In this document: in pieces, positions 8,481 through 18,276 of the stretch
Layout: every line of letters starts with the position of its first letter
How positions within the stretch are numbered: the first letter of the stretch is position 1
Source: a virus
DNA length: 64,000 bases
IMG/VR virus record: IMGVR_UViG_3300029908_000007
Span: 32,001 to 96,000 of that record
Direction: 5' to 3' (one strand)
The notes under the pieces: generated by a model
What the model was told of the DNA's origin: nothing
What the model saw: only the letters and a program-made list of their open reading frames with translations
Database searches by the model: none
Program-made: the position numbers and the translations under genes

Positions 8481-10150
8481 TGGATACTAATACGTCCCAG
8501 CACTTAGTCTTCGCCGGAGATGGCGATAACATTGGTCAAAGACACGCTCGGGCCATTTTGTCCGATGACATCGCTCAAGTAAGAGAAGTTTCGGAACATA
8601 TCACCGAAGGAAATAATTTTGTAAGAGACTTTGTTGAATCCCATGGGGGCGAATGGATTAGTGGCGGCGGCGACGAATTCTCATTTATGGCTCCTCCTGA
8701 GTTTGTGGAGCTTCTCGATCAGCTCCGAAAAGATTATGAATATATAGTTCAAGCCACACTATCCGTTGGATATGGAGATACTATCTCTCAAGCCGGTAAA
8801 GCACTTTTGGTTGCTAAAAGTCGCGGAAAAGATCAAGTCGTACAGTACGAAGATTCGATGGAAGACGAGCTTCAGCGTATCGGTGAAGAAGAAAATTCTC
8901 CCGACGCAGAAGCAAAAAAAATAAAAGGTGTACTTACTAGCGATAACGGCACGCAAGCACAAGAACCTGGAAACGCGCCTCCAGAATCTGACAAGGTATT
9001 GCCAGAAGGATCTGACGCTGCTGTTAACGAACCCACTTCTTGTGAGCCACCAGTTGAAGATAATAATAACGGATATGATTCGGGTTATAAAAATAGCAAT
9101 CCCACCACTAGAAAAGACTCTTATAGAGCCGAGGATATGACTCCTCCTACGATTGCAAAACCTAACCTAAAACAGCAAACGCCGGTCAAAGAAGCGGTTT
9201 CTACCGATATTCAAGAGACCAACCGTCAAATGAATGAAGAACCCGCCAATCCAGATGAAGAGGCTCCTATGATTGAAAAACCAGCACCAAAAGCATACCA
9301 TGGACAAGCTGAGGGCGACGAAGAAGTCCCACAAAGCAATGTTCCACAAAGTGAGGCTCAGCCTAGAGATAACGATAAACCCGGTGATCTTAAATATGGA
9401 CCCGGCGAAGGCGAACAGATTCAGCCCGAAGCCGATGTTCCCGTTGAAAACGCTACCACAGATGAAGCCGAAGCCACTGAAGACCAGGACATGGAAACCA
9501 AACATTGTGAGAGCTGTACTTGCGCAGATCACAAAGACGCAGAAACTACTTTGGACGAACACGTTGACAATGCTCAGGATTTTGAAAATACCTTAGATGA
9601 CGGCCAACCTGAAGGCGCGGAAGAAACTTTAGACCAGCACATCGATAATGCCACCGATATGCAAGATAACATGGATCAAGATGGAATTAGTCGTCCCGAA
9701 GACTATGACGATAAACGCGAAGACATGGGACTTAGCGAAGAAGACTCCGGCGAACCCGACCTAGACGGCGTTCTTCGCGATGGACTTGATGAGCACGCAG
9801 AAAATATCCAGAAAGAAAAAGTTGTCAACATGGTTGGAGAAGCCCTGGAAGGATTCAAGAGTCAGAAAGCAATTCTCGATAAAGCGAAGGAACAAGCGCC
9901 AGAATTGTACGCAAGTTGCATTTCCATGTTACGCGCTATGATCGAACTCTGCTCATTGGCTGGAATCAACGATGGTGAAGCCGAACAAGAAGTTAATGAA
10001 ATCGAAGGTCAGAGTACTGCTCCAGAAGAAACTCCTGGAGAAGAGGGTACGCCAGCTGAAGCCCCTGCTGAAAGCGCATGTCCTAGTTGTGGAAAACCTC
10101 ACGATGAAGCGGCTCCCCAGGAGGGGCCGCCTGGAGCCCCACAGCAGTAA
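8480..10150 (+). CDS. mCpol (minimal CRISPR polymerase, Cas10-palm/GGDEF-like nucleotide cyclase) domain fused to a long acidic region and helical C-terminus
   Basis: VFAGDGDNIG...ILSDD...ISGGGDEF...TLSVGYGDTISQAGKALLVAKSRGKDQVVQY matches the mCpol pattern; ~400-aa D/E/P-rich tail. Confidence 0.8.
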   Translation: MDTNTSQHLVFAGDGDNIGQRHARAILSDDIAQVREVSEHITEGNNFVRDFVESHGGEWISGGGDEFSFMAPPEFVELLDQLRKDYEYIVQATLSVGYGDTISQAGKALLVAKSRGKDQVVQYEDSMEDELQRIGEEENSPDAEAKKIKGVLTSDNGTQAQEPGNAPPESDKVLPEGSDAAVNEPTSCEPPVEDNNNGYDSGYKNSNPTTRKDSYRAEDMTPPTIAKPNLKQQTPVKEAVSTDIQETNRQMNEEPANPDEEAPMIEKPAPKAYHGQAEGDEEVPQSNVPQSEAQPRDNDKPGDLKYGPGEGEQIQPEADVPVENATTDEAEATEDQDMETKHCESCTCADHKDAETTLDEHVDNAQDFENTLDDGQPEGAEETLDQHIDNATDMQDNMDQDGISRPEDYDDKREDMGLSEEDSGEPDLDGVLRDGLDEHAENIQKEKVVNMVGEALEGFKSQKAILDKAKEQAPELYASCISMLRAMIELCSLAGINDGEAEQEVNEIEGQSTAPEETPGEEGTPAEAPAESACPSCGKPHDEAAPQEGPPGAPQQ

Positions 10151-10193
10151 GCCCGAAGCTCAGGCCGAGGGCGCCGTAGGATCGGTTAAGAAA

Positions 10194-10364
10194 TTGCCGA
10201 CTAAACATTCTACACCACATATTCCCAAAGAGACCACTCCGGTTGGAGGCGTCAATGCTAAAGGCCAGAAACGCTATATCGATCCCTCTACGGGAAAAGA
10301 TGCTTACATCGACATGAAAACCCCTAGAGTTAAGGGACCAAGAGGTCTTCCCGTAAAAGGCTAG
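10194..10364 (+). CDS. Small basic protein, or +1-frame extension of the mCpol protein
   Basis: Fills the gap between 10150 and 10366; only a TTG start after the upstream stop; frame open from 9972. Confidence 0.45.
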   Translation: MPTKHSTPHIPKETTPVGGVNAKGQKRYIDPSTGKDAYIDMKTPRVKGPRGLPVKG

Positions 10365-10365
10365 C

Positions 10366-11214
10366 ATGCTAAAATTCAATATTGACCCCAAAGATATATT
10401 GGCTGCATGTAAGGATTCCCAAGAAGAGGTTAAAAAAGCCTTAACTAAAGGTGTAAAAGATCTCGCAGTTGCGGCTCAAGGACATATTGTCGAACTTGCT
10501 AAAGGCGAACTGAGTCCGGCTTTGTTTAAGATCTTTAAGGGTGACCAAAAAGAACCCACACTTCGCATAGATACTATTGACGCCAATACCCATGTTATAA
10601 CCTTATCGGGCTCTGCTTACTGGATTGAAGAAGGCATTGAGCCGGGCAGTGATATGAAAACGGACAAGTGGCTTTTTAAATCTAAAAAGACCAGAACTTC
10701 TAAAGAAGGTTACCGCTATTTATTTGTACCATTTGAACATTCAGCACCTCCTAGCACCCAGACCGGCTATGAAAAAGGCCTAACCGACCGCGTTAAGTTC
10801 GAACTCAAGGCTAAAAACAAACAACGTAAACAGAATGGCCTATCTCAGATTCCTTGGATGGGGATAGAAAGAGATGAGCATGGTAAACCCAAAGAGGGTT
10901 TGATCCATGAATTTGATTTCAAAGGCACCAAAGCAAAAGATAGTTGGACATCTAATCCATTAGAACGTTTGAGGGTCTATCAAGCCGTTGAAAGAGATAA
11001 AGAAGGAAAAGCTAAGCTCACTAAAGGCGGCAAAGAAAAAGTAACCCGATCGTGGATGACGTTCCGTACTGCTTCCGAAAATCCAAAAAGTAAAGATAAG
11101 TTTATACACCCCGGTTATACCGGCAACAAGTTTATGGATAAAACTAAAGAATGGGCTGAAACCGAATTCTACGGCAAAATCCTACCTGACATTTTTGCGA
11201 AGTGGAAGGACTAA
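10366..11214 (+). CDS. Virion morphogenesis/neck protein
   Basis: AYWIEEG...DMK...YLFVPF...FRTAS...FIHPG pattern; upstream of the tail genes. Confidence 0.5.
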   Translation: MLKFNIDPKDILAACKDSQEEVKKALTKGVKDLAVAAQGHIVELAKGELSPALFKIFKGDQKEPTLRIDTIDANTHVITLSGSAYWIEEGIEPGSDMKTDKWLFKSKKTRTSKEGYRYLFVPFEHSAPPSTQTGYEKGLTDRVKFELKAKNKQRKQNGLSQIPWMGIERDEHGKPKEGLIHEFDFKGTKAKDSWTSNPLERLRVYQAVERDKEGKAKLTKGGKEKVTRSWMTFRTASENPKSKDKFIHPGYTGNKFMDKTKEWAETEFYGKILPDIFAKWKD

Positions 11215-11215
11215 T

Positions 11216-12229
11216 ATGGGTGGAATATTTCAAACCGACGCACTGCTTAAGACCATACTTGAAGAATCTCTGCAGGATGTTAAGAATAATCTGTGGCTTG
11301 TCGAATACATATTAGAAGATTTCACTCAAAACAAGTTCTTGCGCACAAAATTTGGACAAAAGCAAATCGCTGCTGCCAAAGAATTCTTTTTAAATAACAA
11401 TGTCAATGTTCAGTTACAGTTCTCCAAAGATAAAGAGAAATTCCCAGCTATCTTCTTAACGATGGGCAGTAGTAATGAATTTCAAGAAAATCGCACCATG
11501 GGCGACGTTGGAGAAAGAAATATCATTTTACAGCCGTCACAGGTTGGTTTAAAAATACCTTATGTGGTACCACCCTTTATTCCCACAAGTTTTGATGTCG
11601 CCACAGGAACTATCGGGGTCCCTGAAGGAATTGATCTCATGCCAGTTTCTCCAGGCATGGTCGTACTGAATCCTGAAAATGGTAACGGCTACCCAGTAAT
11701 CAGTATTAACGGTCAAAGTATTATGGTTCAAGCCGGGATCGAATTAGACGCGTCCCAACTCGGGGTTGTTCCTCAATATCGTTATTTCCAATCCCGTCTG
11801 GGACGTTCATTCTTCGAAGAAACCTGGGCCATGACTATTGCAACGAATGATCCTCAGACGTTGCTTTGGCTTCATAGTTTGGTAGTTTACACACTTCTCA
11901 GATATCGTGAGTTTTTTGAACACAATGGCTTTTTGGAAACCAAACTGAATAGTACCGACATTTTTACTCCCGAGTTTAGCAATGCCGGTGGCGAAGAAAT
12001 CTACTGTAGACAAGTTACCATGAGCGGTCGCGTAGTCCAGAGCTGGATTCGTGGTCTTCATAAGAAAATCGAATCCGTTCTTATTAGAGATATTAATCCT
12101 GCCGCTGTTACTTTAGCCGATCCTTCAGGCTATGTCGGCGGCATACGCATCGTTAGTAACCTAACAACTCCTCCTCTTCAACAGAATGATACGACCTATT
12201 TTACCGAAAATCCGGAAGACGAAGAGTAA
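11216..12229 (+). CDS. Tail completion/terminator-like structural protein
   Basis: Context before the sheath gene; FPAIFL and W.MTI.T patterns. Confidence 0.45.
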   Translation: MGGIFQTDALLKTILEESLQDVKNNLWLVEYILEDFTQNKFLRTKFGQKQIAAAKEFFLNNNVNVQLQFSKDKEKFPAIFLTMGSSNEFQENRTMGDVGERNIILQPSQVGLKIPYVVPPFIPTSFDVATGTIGVPEGIDLMPVSPGMVVLNPENGNGYPVISINGQSIMVQAGIELDASQLGVVPQYRYFQSRLGRSFFEETWAMTIATNDPQTLLWLHSLVVYTLLRYREFFEHNGFLETKLNSTDIFTPEFSNAGGEEIYCRQVTMSGRVVQSWIRGLHKKIESVLIRDINPAAVTLADPSGYVGGIRIVSNLTTPPLQQNDTTYFTENPEDEE

Positions 12230-12501
12230 TGAAACTACCCAAAACCCCCAAACTCGGTGCTACTTTGGGCTCGACTCTGGGTACAACTTTAGGTACGCCC
12301 GCCGCTAGTGCTCCTAAAGACATAACCAAAATTGGTAAGCAAGGTGTGGCTGCGAAAATGCCAAAGCCAAAAGCGCCACGCGATGCATTTGCGCCGCCAA
12401 GCGTGTTTTTTGGGAAAAGTGAAGATAAGCCAAAACATCTAAGTGTCTGTAAATTAAAGGATTTTATTGAACATAAAATGAAAAAACGGGCTCAAAAATG
12501 A
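12229..12501 (+). CDS. Small basic hypothetical protein
   Basis: TAATG coupling; TLG repeats; FFGKSE motif. Confidence 0.55.
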   Translation: MKLPKTPKLGATLGSTLGTTLGTPAASAPKDITKIGKQGVAAKMPKPKAPRDAFAPPSVFFGKSEDKPKHLSVCKLKDFIEHKMKKRAQK

Positions 12502-12537
12502 TTAGGGAATCAATCTTTATGTGTATAAGGGGCAACT

Positions 12538-13224
12538 ATGGCCGAAAACAATAAAACAGTTTCAGCACGCGATGCAATTCTAGCCGTTCTCGCCAAGGCC
12601 AAACAAGTCCTTGAAACTTCCGATCTTGTTAAATCCGAATACAAGACTGAAAATTCCCCTAAGCCCGGCGTTAAGTATGGCAAAATTGAAACCGCTCAAA
12701 AAGCGACCGAACGCGATTATAAAGAATATGAAGTGAAATCAGGTGGTTCCAAGGATTCTACCGGCCCTCGTGTTGCTAAGCAAATTTCTCCAAGTGGTAA
12801 TCCAAAAGAAGAAGCTGAAGGCAACAATAAGCCCGATGGCATGGAACCCCACTACGAGTTTAAAGACAAGGTTGCCGGAGAATTGGCTAAAGAAAAGAAA
12901 GCTTTAGGCAAGGCTGAAAATCCAGATAAAGAGCAAGACGCTGCGCTTGGTGAAAAAGTCGAGAACGACGTCGAAGAACATTTTAAAGAAAATGCAGGCG
13001 CTGAACGACAAGAAGGACATTCTATGGCTAATCCTGAAGATAAGACCGACAAAGCAACAACGATTCCAAGGCTGATTTTGTCGGCTAAACTATCGAAATT
13101 TATGGAATTTCGCCACGCAAAGAAAAAAGCTCAAGAATCCGCCGCCGCCGTAGGATCTCCAGCCGCTTCTGCTCCAGCCCCAAGATCGACCCAGGATAGT
13201 CAACCGGACACAAAGAAGATATAA
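12538..13224 (+). CDS. Charged hypothetical head-associated protein
   Basis: AATCTTTA upstream, RBS AAGGGG; LVKSE and LGKAE motifs. Confidence 0.6.
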   Translation: MAENNKTVSARDAILAVLAKAKQVLETSDLVKSEYKTENSPKPGVKYGKIETAQKATERDYKEYEVKSGGSKDSTGPRVAKQISPSGNPKEEAEGNNKPDGMEPHYEFKDKVAGELAKEKKALGKAENPDKEQDAALGEKVENDVEEHFKENAGAERQEGHSMANPEDKTDKATTIPRLILSAKLSKFMEFRHAKKKAQESAAAVGSPAASAPAPRSTQDSQPDTKKI

Positions 13225-13226
13225 TA

Positions 13227-13823
13227 ATGAAAACCTGTTCGAAGTGCGAAATCACAAAAGACCTTGAATGTTTTGGGAAAGCTCCCCAAAACAAAGACGG
13301 TCTTAATGGGCAATGCAAAGAGTGTAGAGCCGCTTATTTACTAGATTATAATGAAAAAAACAAAGAAAAGGTTATGGCGGGTCAAAGAAGATATTATAAA
13401 GAAAACAGGGTAGAGATTATAGAAGAAAAAAAGATCTATCGTGCTTTGAATTTAGAAACTATCAAACCCAAAACCAATGCTAGACTCAGGGCTAGAAGAA
13501 AAAATGATCCTCAATTTAAATTGGCAGCTAATTTAAGAGGACGTCTTAATATGGCTATTAAAAGAGGGTACAAGGCAGGTTCGGCGGTAGATGATTTGGG
13601 ATGTTCTGTAGAATCTTTTAAATCTTATATAGAAGGTCTACTCCAGCCGGGCATGACATGGGCTAACTATAGCCCAAGAGGATGGCATTTGGATCATAAA
13701 GTCCCCTTGGCTAGCTTTGATTTAACAGATAGAGAACAGTTTTTGAAGGCTTGTCATTACACCAATTTACAGCCTTTGTGGGCCGTAGACAATATTAAGA
13801 AAGGTGACAAAATTTATGGCTAA
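13227..13823 (+). CDS. HNH/endonuclease VII-like homing endonuclease
   Basis: N-terminal CSKC...CKEC; WHLDHKVPL...CHYTNLQPLWAVDNIKKG. Confidence 0.8.
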   Translation: MKTCSKCEITKDLECFGKAPQNKDGLNGQCKECRAAYLLDYNEKNKEKVMAGQRRYYKENRVEIIEEKKIYRALNLETIKPKTNARLRARRKNDPQFKLAANLRGRLNMAIKRGYKAGSAVDDLGCSVESFKSYIEGLLQPGMTWANYSPRGWHLDHKVPLASFDLTDREQFLKACHYTNLQPLWAVDNIKKGDKIYG

Positions 13824-14082
13824 GAAACAAACTCAAGCCGCAGAGATGACTCTAGAAGAAGCGAAGGCTTTTCGAGCTGCTTTAGCTCGTCCCCAAGAAA
13901 AAACTTTGTCCGGTAAACAAAGACGCGAAGCTTTTAAAGCCTTTTGGGCCCAAAATAAAAAAGCCTACGGCATGACCAATAAGCTAGAAGAAATTCTTTG
14001 GCTTCATATGGTTGCCACTAAGAACGATGAACCCGCTAATTTCGAAGCCGGTTTAAAACATTTTGGAATCAAGAAAGTTTAA
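13816..14082 (+). CDS. Hypothetical protein immediately upstream of the sheath gene
   Basis: ATG 13816 with AAGGTG RBS. Confidence 0.6.
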   Translation: MAKKQTQAAEMTLEEAKAFRAALARPQEKTLSGKQRREAFKAFWAQNKKAYGMTNKLEEILWLHMVATKNDEPANFEAGLKHFGIKKV

Positions 14083-14097
14083 TAGGGAGAAATACAA

Positions 14098-16236
14098 ATG
14101 AATCAGCAATTAGTCACTCCAAATGTGTCGACAAACATTCCAGGCACTTATGTTAATTATACCGTACTAAGTCAGCCAATCGGCGTAACTTCCAGCGGTA
14201 TTCTTTTGATCATGGGCGAAGCCGCAGGCGGCCCTAGCTACGAACAAGTCGCGCTTAAAAACAGCGTTTACACACCCGATCAGCTTCAAAAGGTCATCCA
14301 GACCTACACCAGCGGTCAGATCGTCGACGCTTTCCAGGCCATTACCGCTCCTTCTAACGACGCCAACATCTCGGGTACCGCTACCCAAATCTACGTCGTT
14401 AAGACCAACACGGGAACCAAAGCTAATGCGACACTTCCTAGTTCTTATGGAACGCTAACCGATATCAACTGGGGAGTTCTTGGAAATCAAGACCAATATC
14501 AAACTTTAGCTGTTCAAGCCGAAGTCGCTCCCACTGTGACCGGTGGAACCATTCCTTCTTTCAGTGCAACTCCCAACGCTACTTTTACCGTTCGCTTGAA
14601 CGGTGGCGCTGCTATGGTTGCAACGGTTGGATCCGGTCCCTATACTACGGGCGCTCAAGTCGCTGCTTCCATCACCGGGCTCCCATCTGGTATCACCGCT
14701 AGCGGTAACGCTACTTCTATCACTTTAACTGTCACTGCAGACGCTTCTGCTTGGGGTAAAGGTTGGGGTAAGAGCTTCGAGCTTATCGACAGCACTCCAG
14801 GCGATCTGGCAGCTTTAGGTCTTGCTCCTGGTTTGACCGTTTCTTCGGAAGAACCTGAAATCGAACTCCAAGATTCCAATGCTTCTCGCGGTGTCAGCGA
14901 AACCTTAACTGCCAACGCAGCGGTAGCTCTTGCTGTTGGTTATGCTGGAACCACAGCTACTCTCACTATTGCCTTGGTTTCTGGCGTCTATACCTTAACC
15001 ACAACGGTTACCGGCGGCAGCGGTGGAAATCTGAGCATTAACTTAAGCCAGTATTCCACAATCGGCGCTTTGGCGACATTCATTGCAAGTCAAATCGGCT
15101 ACTCCGCCACTGTCATTCCTGCCGCTAATTCTCTTCCTACTTCGGCATTGGACGCGGTTTCTGCAATAGGTATTTGCGCAACTGGCGCTGGAGACGAACC
15201 CGGTCGTATTAAAATGGGACTTTATCAGTTCGAACAAGCGATGGCCACCAGCAAACAGTTGGTTTTCACGCCAATCGCAACCGCAGGGCTTCCCGCTCCT
15301 ATGACCGCCCCCGCTTATCTGACTGGCGGAACCATCGGCGCCACTCTGGCTGCTGATATCGTTAATGTCGTCGACACCCTGGGCGGTGTAAACGTTGACA
15401 TTATCGTTCCATTGTTCTCGCAAAACGCTAGCGCCGATATCATCGCTGGTTTGACGGATCCTGCTTCGACTTATACGATTGCCGCTATCAATGCATTGCT
15501 TAAGAGTCATTGTATTGAGGAAAGCAATCCGAGCCTTAACAGAAACCGTATTTGTATCTTGTCTATGAACAGTACGTTTGCAATTGCCGCAGCCGCCGCT
15601 CAAGGCCTTGCAAGCGCTCTGTGTTCTTTGACCTTCCAGAATGTAACACAGGTTAATAGCCTTGGTGTTATCACTCAGTTCCAACCTTGGTACGCCTCGG
15701 TTGTCGCTGCTGGCATGCAGTTGGGCGGATTTTACAAAGCCATTGTAAACAAATACGCAAACCTGATCAGTATCATCGATCCATCGGACTACGATAGTGG
15801 GTCTCCTGGCGATACCTCAGAAGCTTTGTCTGCTGGTTTGCTTCCTCTATATACCGATATCGGTGGACCTAAATGGGTTAGCGATCAAACAACCTACGGA
15901 ATCGATTCCAACTTTGTGTGGAATTCAATCCAGGCCGTGTACGACGCCAACTTGATCGCAAAAGATCTGAAAGTCAGTTTCACCAATGCTTTTGTTGGTC
16001 AAAGTTTGGCCGACGTTTCCGCAGCATCAGCTTCTGCTTTCTTAACGCAGAAGATGGCTGGCTACATGCAGCTTAAACTGATTGCGCCTAGCAATGGTGC
16101 CCCACTTGGTTTCAACAATGCGAAGATCACAATTGTCGCACCTACAATGACCGTGGCCGTGAACATCTATCTCGCAACGGCGATTTATTTTATTCCAATC
16201 AGCTTCAGTATCTCAGCTGTGGAACAATCGGCTTAA
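14098..16236 (+). CDS. Contractile tail sheath protein
   Basis: 712 aa; N-terminal IPGTYV...ILLIMGEAAGGP; C-terminal DQTTY...IYFIPISFSI; followed by a tube-sized gene. Confidence 0.85.
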   Translation: MNQQLVTPNVSTNIPGTYVNYTVLSQPIGVTSSGILLIMGEAAGGPSYEQVALKNSVYTPDQLQKVIQTYTSGQIVDAFQAITAPSNDANISGTATQIYVVKTNTGTKANATLPSSYGTLTDINWGVLGNQDQYQTLAVQAEVAPTVTGGTIPSFSATPNATFTVRLNGGAAMVATVGSGPYTTGAQVAASITGLPSGITASGNATSITLTVTADASAWGKGWGKSFELIDSTPGDLAALGLAPGLTVSSEEPEIELQDSNASRGVSETLTANAAVALAVGYAGTTATLTIALVSGVYTLTTTVTGGSGGNLSINLSQYSTIGALATFIASQIGYSATVIPAANSLPTSALDAVSAIGICATGAGDEPGRIKMGLYQFEQAMATSKQLVFTPIATAGLPAPMTAPAYLTGGTIGATLAADIVNVVDTLGGVNVDIIVPLFSQNASADIIAGLTDPASTYTIAAINALLKSHCIEESNPSLNRNRICILSMNSTFAIAAAAAQGLASALCSLTFQNVTQVNSLGVITQFQPWYASVVAAGMQLGGFYKAIVNKYANLISIIDPSDYDSGSPGDTSEALSAGLLPLYTDIGGPKWVSDQTTYGIDSNFVWNSIQAVYDANLIAKDLKVSFTNAFVGQSLADVSAASASAFLTQKMAGYMQLKLIAPSNGAPLGFNNAKITIVAPTMTVAVNIYLATAIYFIPISFSISAVEQSA

Positions 16237-16258
16237 TTTAGTATAAGGAGAATGAAAA

Positions 16259-16789
16259 ATGGCTGGAGCACAACTACCTAATTTAAATCCCACCAATGGT
16301 GGAACAGGTCAAAGCTACACCGTAACTGGTGGAAGAGCTTTGCTTTATTTACCTAATCAATCTGGGCAACTGGTGTTGGCTGGGACCTTTGATACCGTTA
16401 GCAGAGGCCGAGGACTTGGGACTGAAGCAATTCATACCCTCGGTCAATATTCGGCCCGCGAAATTGCAATTACTTCTTACAACGAAGTTACTGTAAATTG
16501 TAGCGGATTCCGTGTAGTCGGAGCTGGAACTACGGTTCTTGGTCATTTCCCCACACTTGCTGAGATCTTAAACTATTCATCTGTCACAATCAAAGTTGTT
16601 GACAGGCAGACTGGCGATACGATTTTAGTCGTAACCGGCGCTGTTCCTACTACAGACAATGAGAACTATTCGAGCCGAGCCACCACCAAGACATCGATTT
16701 CTTATACGGGAATCGCGGCTTTCGATGAATCGACCACTGATTCTTCGGGTAATCCGACAGATGGTGAAGGCACGCCAAGTTGGCCATAA
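16259..16789 (+). CDS. Tail tube protein
   Basis: 176 aa directly after the sheath gene; strong RBS AAGGAG; LGQYSAREI...V.VNCSGFRV...IKVVDRQTG. Confidence 0.75.
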   Translation: MAGAQLPNLNPTNGGTGQSYTVTGGRALLYLPNQSGQLVLAGTFDTVSRGRGLGTEAIHTLGQYSAREIAITSYNEVTVNCSGFRVVGAGTTVLGHFPTLAEILNYSSVTIKVVDRQTGDTILVVTGAVPTTDNENYSSRATTKTSISYTGIAAFDESTTDSSGNPTDGEGTPSWP

Positions 16790-16822
16790 GTATTTGACAC
16801 TACATAGTTAAATTATTATTTG

Positions 16823-16855
16823 AGGCCGTCAAAATAAAAACTTGACGGCCTTTTT
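16823..16855 (+). terminator. Intrinsic terminator after the tube gene; its 3' arm contains a -35 box
   Basis: AGGCCGTCAA-N9-TTGACGGCCT followed by a T-run; TTGACG (16842-16847), N16, TATAGT (16864-16869) precedes the endonuclease gene. Confidence 0.75.
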
Positions 16856-16875
16856 ATATATGATATAGTGGGTAT

Positions 16876-18210
16876 ATGAATAGAACTTGGACTTTAGAAA
16901 AATTACAGAACGAAGCTATAAAATACACAAAAAGATCTGCTTTCCAAAAGGGAAGTAAGACGGCCTACAATACGGCTCAGCGCAAAAACCTACTGGACAT
17001 TATCTGTAAGCACATGGAAGCCTTTAACATCAATGGCGACAGAAATCCTAATTTTAAATGGTCCCTGGATATTTTAAAACAAGAAGCTCTGAAGTACAAT
17101 TCAAAAAGCGAATTTAAAGATAAAAATCCAAAAGCTTACCACGCAGCTTGGTACAGCGATGTGCTAGATGAAATCTGCTCCCATATGAAAAACCTTCTCC
17201 ATTATTGGACGGACGAAGAATTGGCCAAAGAAGCTTTAAAACATAAAAGCAGAACCAAATTTGAAGAAAAAAGCGGAAGTGCCTATCTAACCGCTTGTAG
17301 ACGAGGTCTTATAGATGAAATCTGCGTACATGCTCCAAAAAATGAGAAGAAAAGCTATGTACAAAAAGAAATATTTGATTTCATTAACTCTTTTTATCCT
17401 GATACCGTATACGATACTAGAAAAGTAATATCTCCGTTGGAACTAGATATTTACATACCATCATTGAAGCTAGCCATTGAATATTGTGGCCTATATTGGC
17501 ACTCAGAAGAATATAAAGAAAATAGCTACCATTATGATAAAATGAAATTTTGCAATGAAAAAGGTATAAGACTGATTACAATATTTGAAGATGAATGGCT
17601 AAAAAGGCAGGATCAAGTAAAGAACCTTCTTAAGTCGGTTATCAATAAAAATGAGTTCAAAATAATGGGAAGGAAAACTAAAATTAAAGAAGTGCCCAAA
17701 AAAGAAGCTAAAGAATTCTTAGAACAAAATCATATTCAAGGGTCTTCTGTATTTGAAATATCGTTTGGTTTGTATTATTTTAACGAACTACAAGCAGTAA
17801 TTACCGGCAACAAACATCATAGACAAGGCCATTCCGACACGCTAGTTTTAAATAGATTGGCTTTTAAGACCGATGTGTCTATTGCTGGAGGCCCTTCTAA
17901 ACTTTTCAATCGTTTAGTGAGCTATGCGAAAGAAAGGGGATACAAGAGGTTAATTTCCTGGTCCGACAATAGGTGGTCTGAAGGAAATGTTTACAAAAAG
18001 TTAGAATTTGAATTAACTGAAAATTTACCTGCCGACTATTCTTATTTTAGCAATCAGTCTAGAATATCCAAACAATCTTGTCAGAAAAAGATGTTAATTA
18101 AAAAAGGTGCTAAAGGAGATATGTCTATGACCGAAAAAGAATTGGCTTTAAGTCTAGGTCTATATAGAATTTATGACTGCGGTAAGAAACAGTGGTCCAT
18201 TAATTTATAG
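16876..18210 (+). CDS. Hef-like homing endonuclease: three helical repeats, PD-(D/E)xK domain, GNAT/Mom-like C-terminal domain
   Basis: W(T/S)...L..EA.K...F...AY..A....LD.IC.H repeats; ELDIYIP..KLAIEYCGLYWHS; FLEQNHIQG...LNRLAFK...ISWSDNRWS. Confidence 0.75.
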   Translation: MNRTWTLEKLQNEAIKYTKRSAFQKGSKTAYNTAQRKNLLDIICKHMEAFNINGDRNPNFKWSLDILKQEALKYNSKSEFKDKNPKAYHAAWYSDVLDEICSHMKNLLHYWTDEELAKEALKHKSRTKFEEKSGSAYLTACRRGLIDEICVHAPKNEKKSYVQKEIFDFINSFYPDTVYDTRKVISPLELDIYIPSLKLAIEYCGLYWHSEEYKENSYHYDKMKFCNEKGIRLITIFEDEWLKRQDQVKNLLKSVINKNEFKIMGRKTKIKEVPKKEAKEFLEQNHIQGSSVFEISFGLYYFNELQAVITGNKHHRQGHSDTLVLNRLAFKTDVSIAGGPSKLFNRLVSYAKERGYKRLISWSDNRWSEGNVYKKLEFELTENLPADYSYFSNQSRISKQSCQKKMLIKKGAKGDMSMTEKELALSLGLYRIYDCGKKQWSINL

Positions 18211-18276
18211 CACCCACAACCTCTTGTTTTACCTACTCTTTTTGGATTCAGACCCCCTAAAAACAATCTTTACCTT

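Noticed and set aside
8500-8860. Classical diguanylate cyclase (GGDEF) or Cas10/CRISPR locus
   Set aside because: The domain is short, has GDGDNIG instead of the DxDxFKxxND motif and matches the mCpol layout; no cas genes or repeats are nearby
15043-15684. Long antisense or alternate-frame ORFs (e.g. 15043-15684, 18543-19196, 22885-23469, 53328-54101)
   Set aside because: They overlap well-supported genes, lack RBS and motifs, and are expected shadows of codon bias
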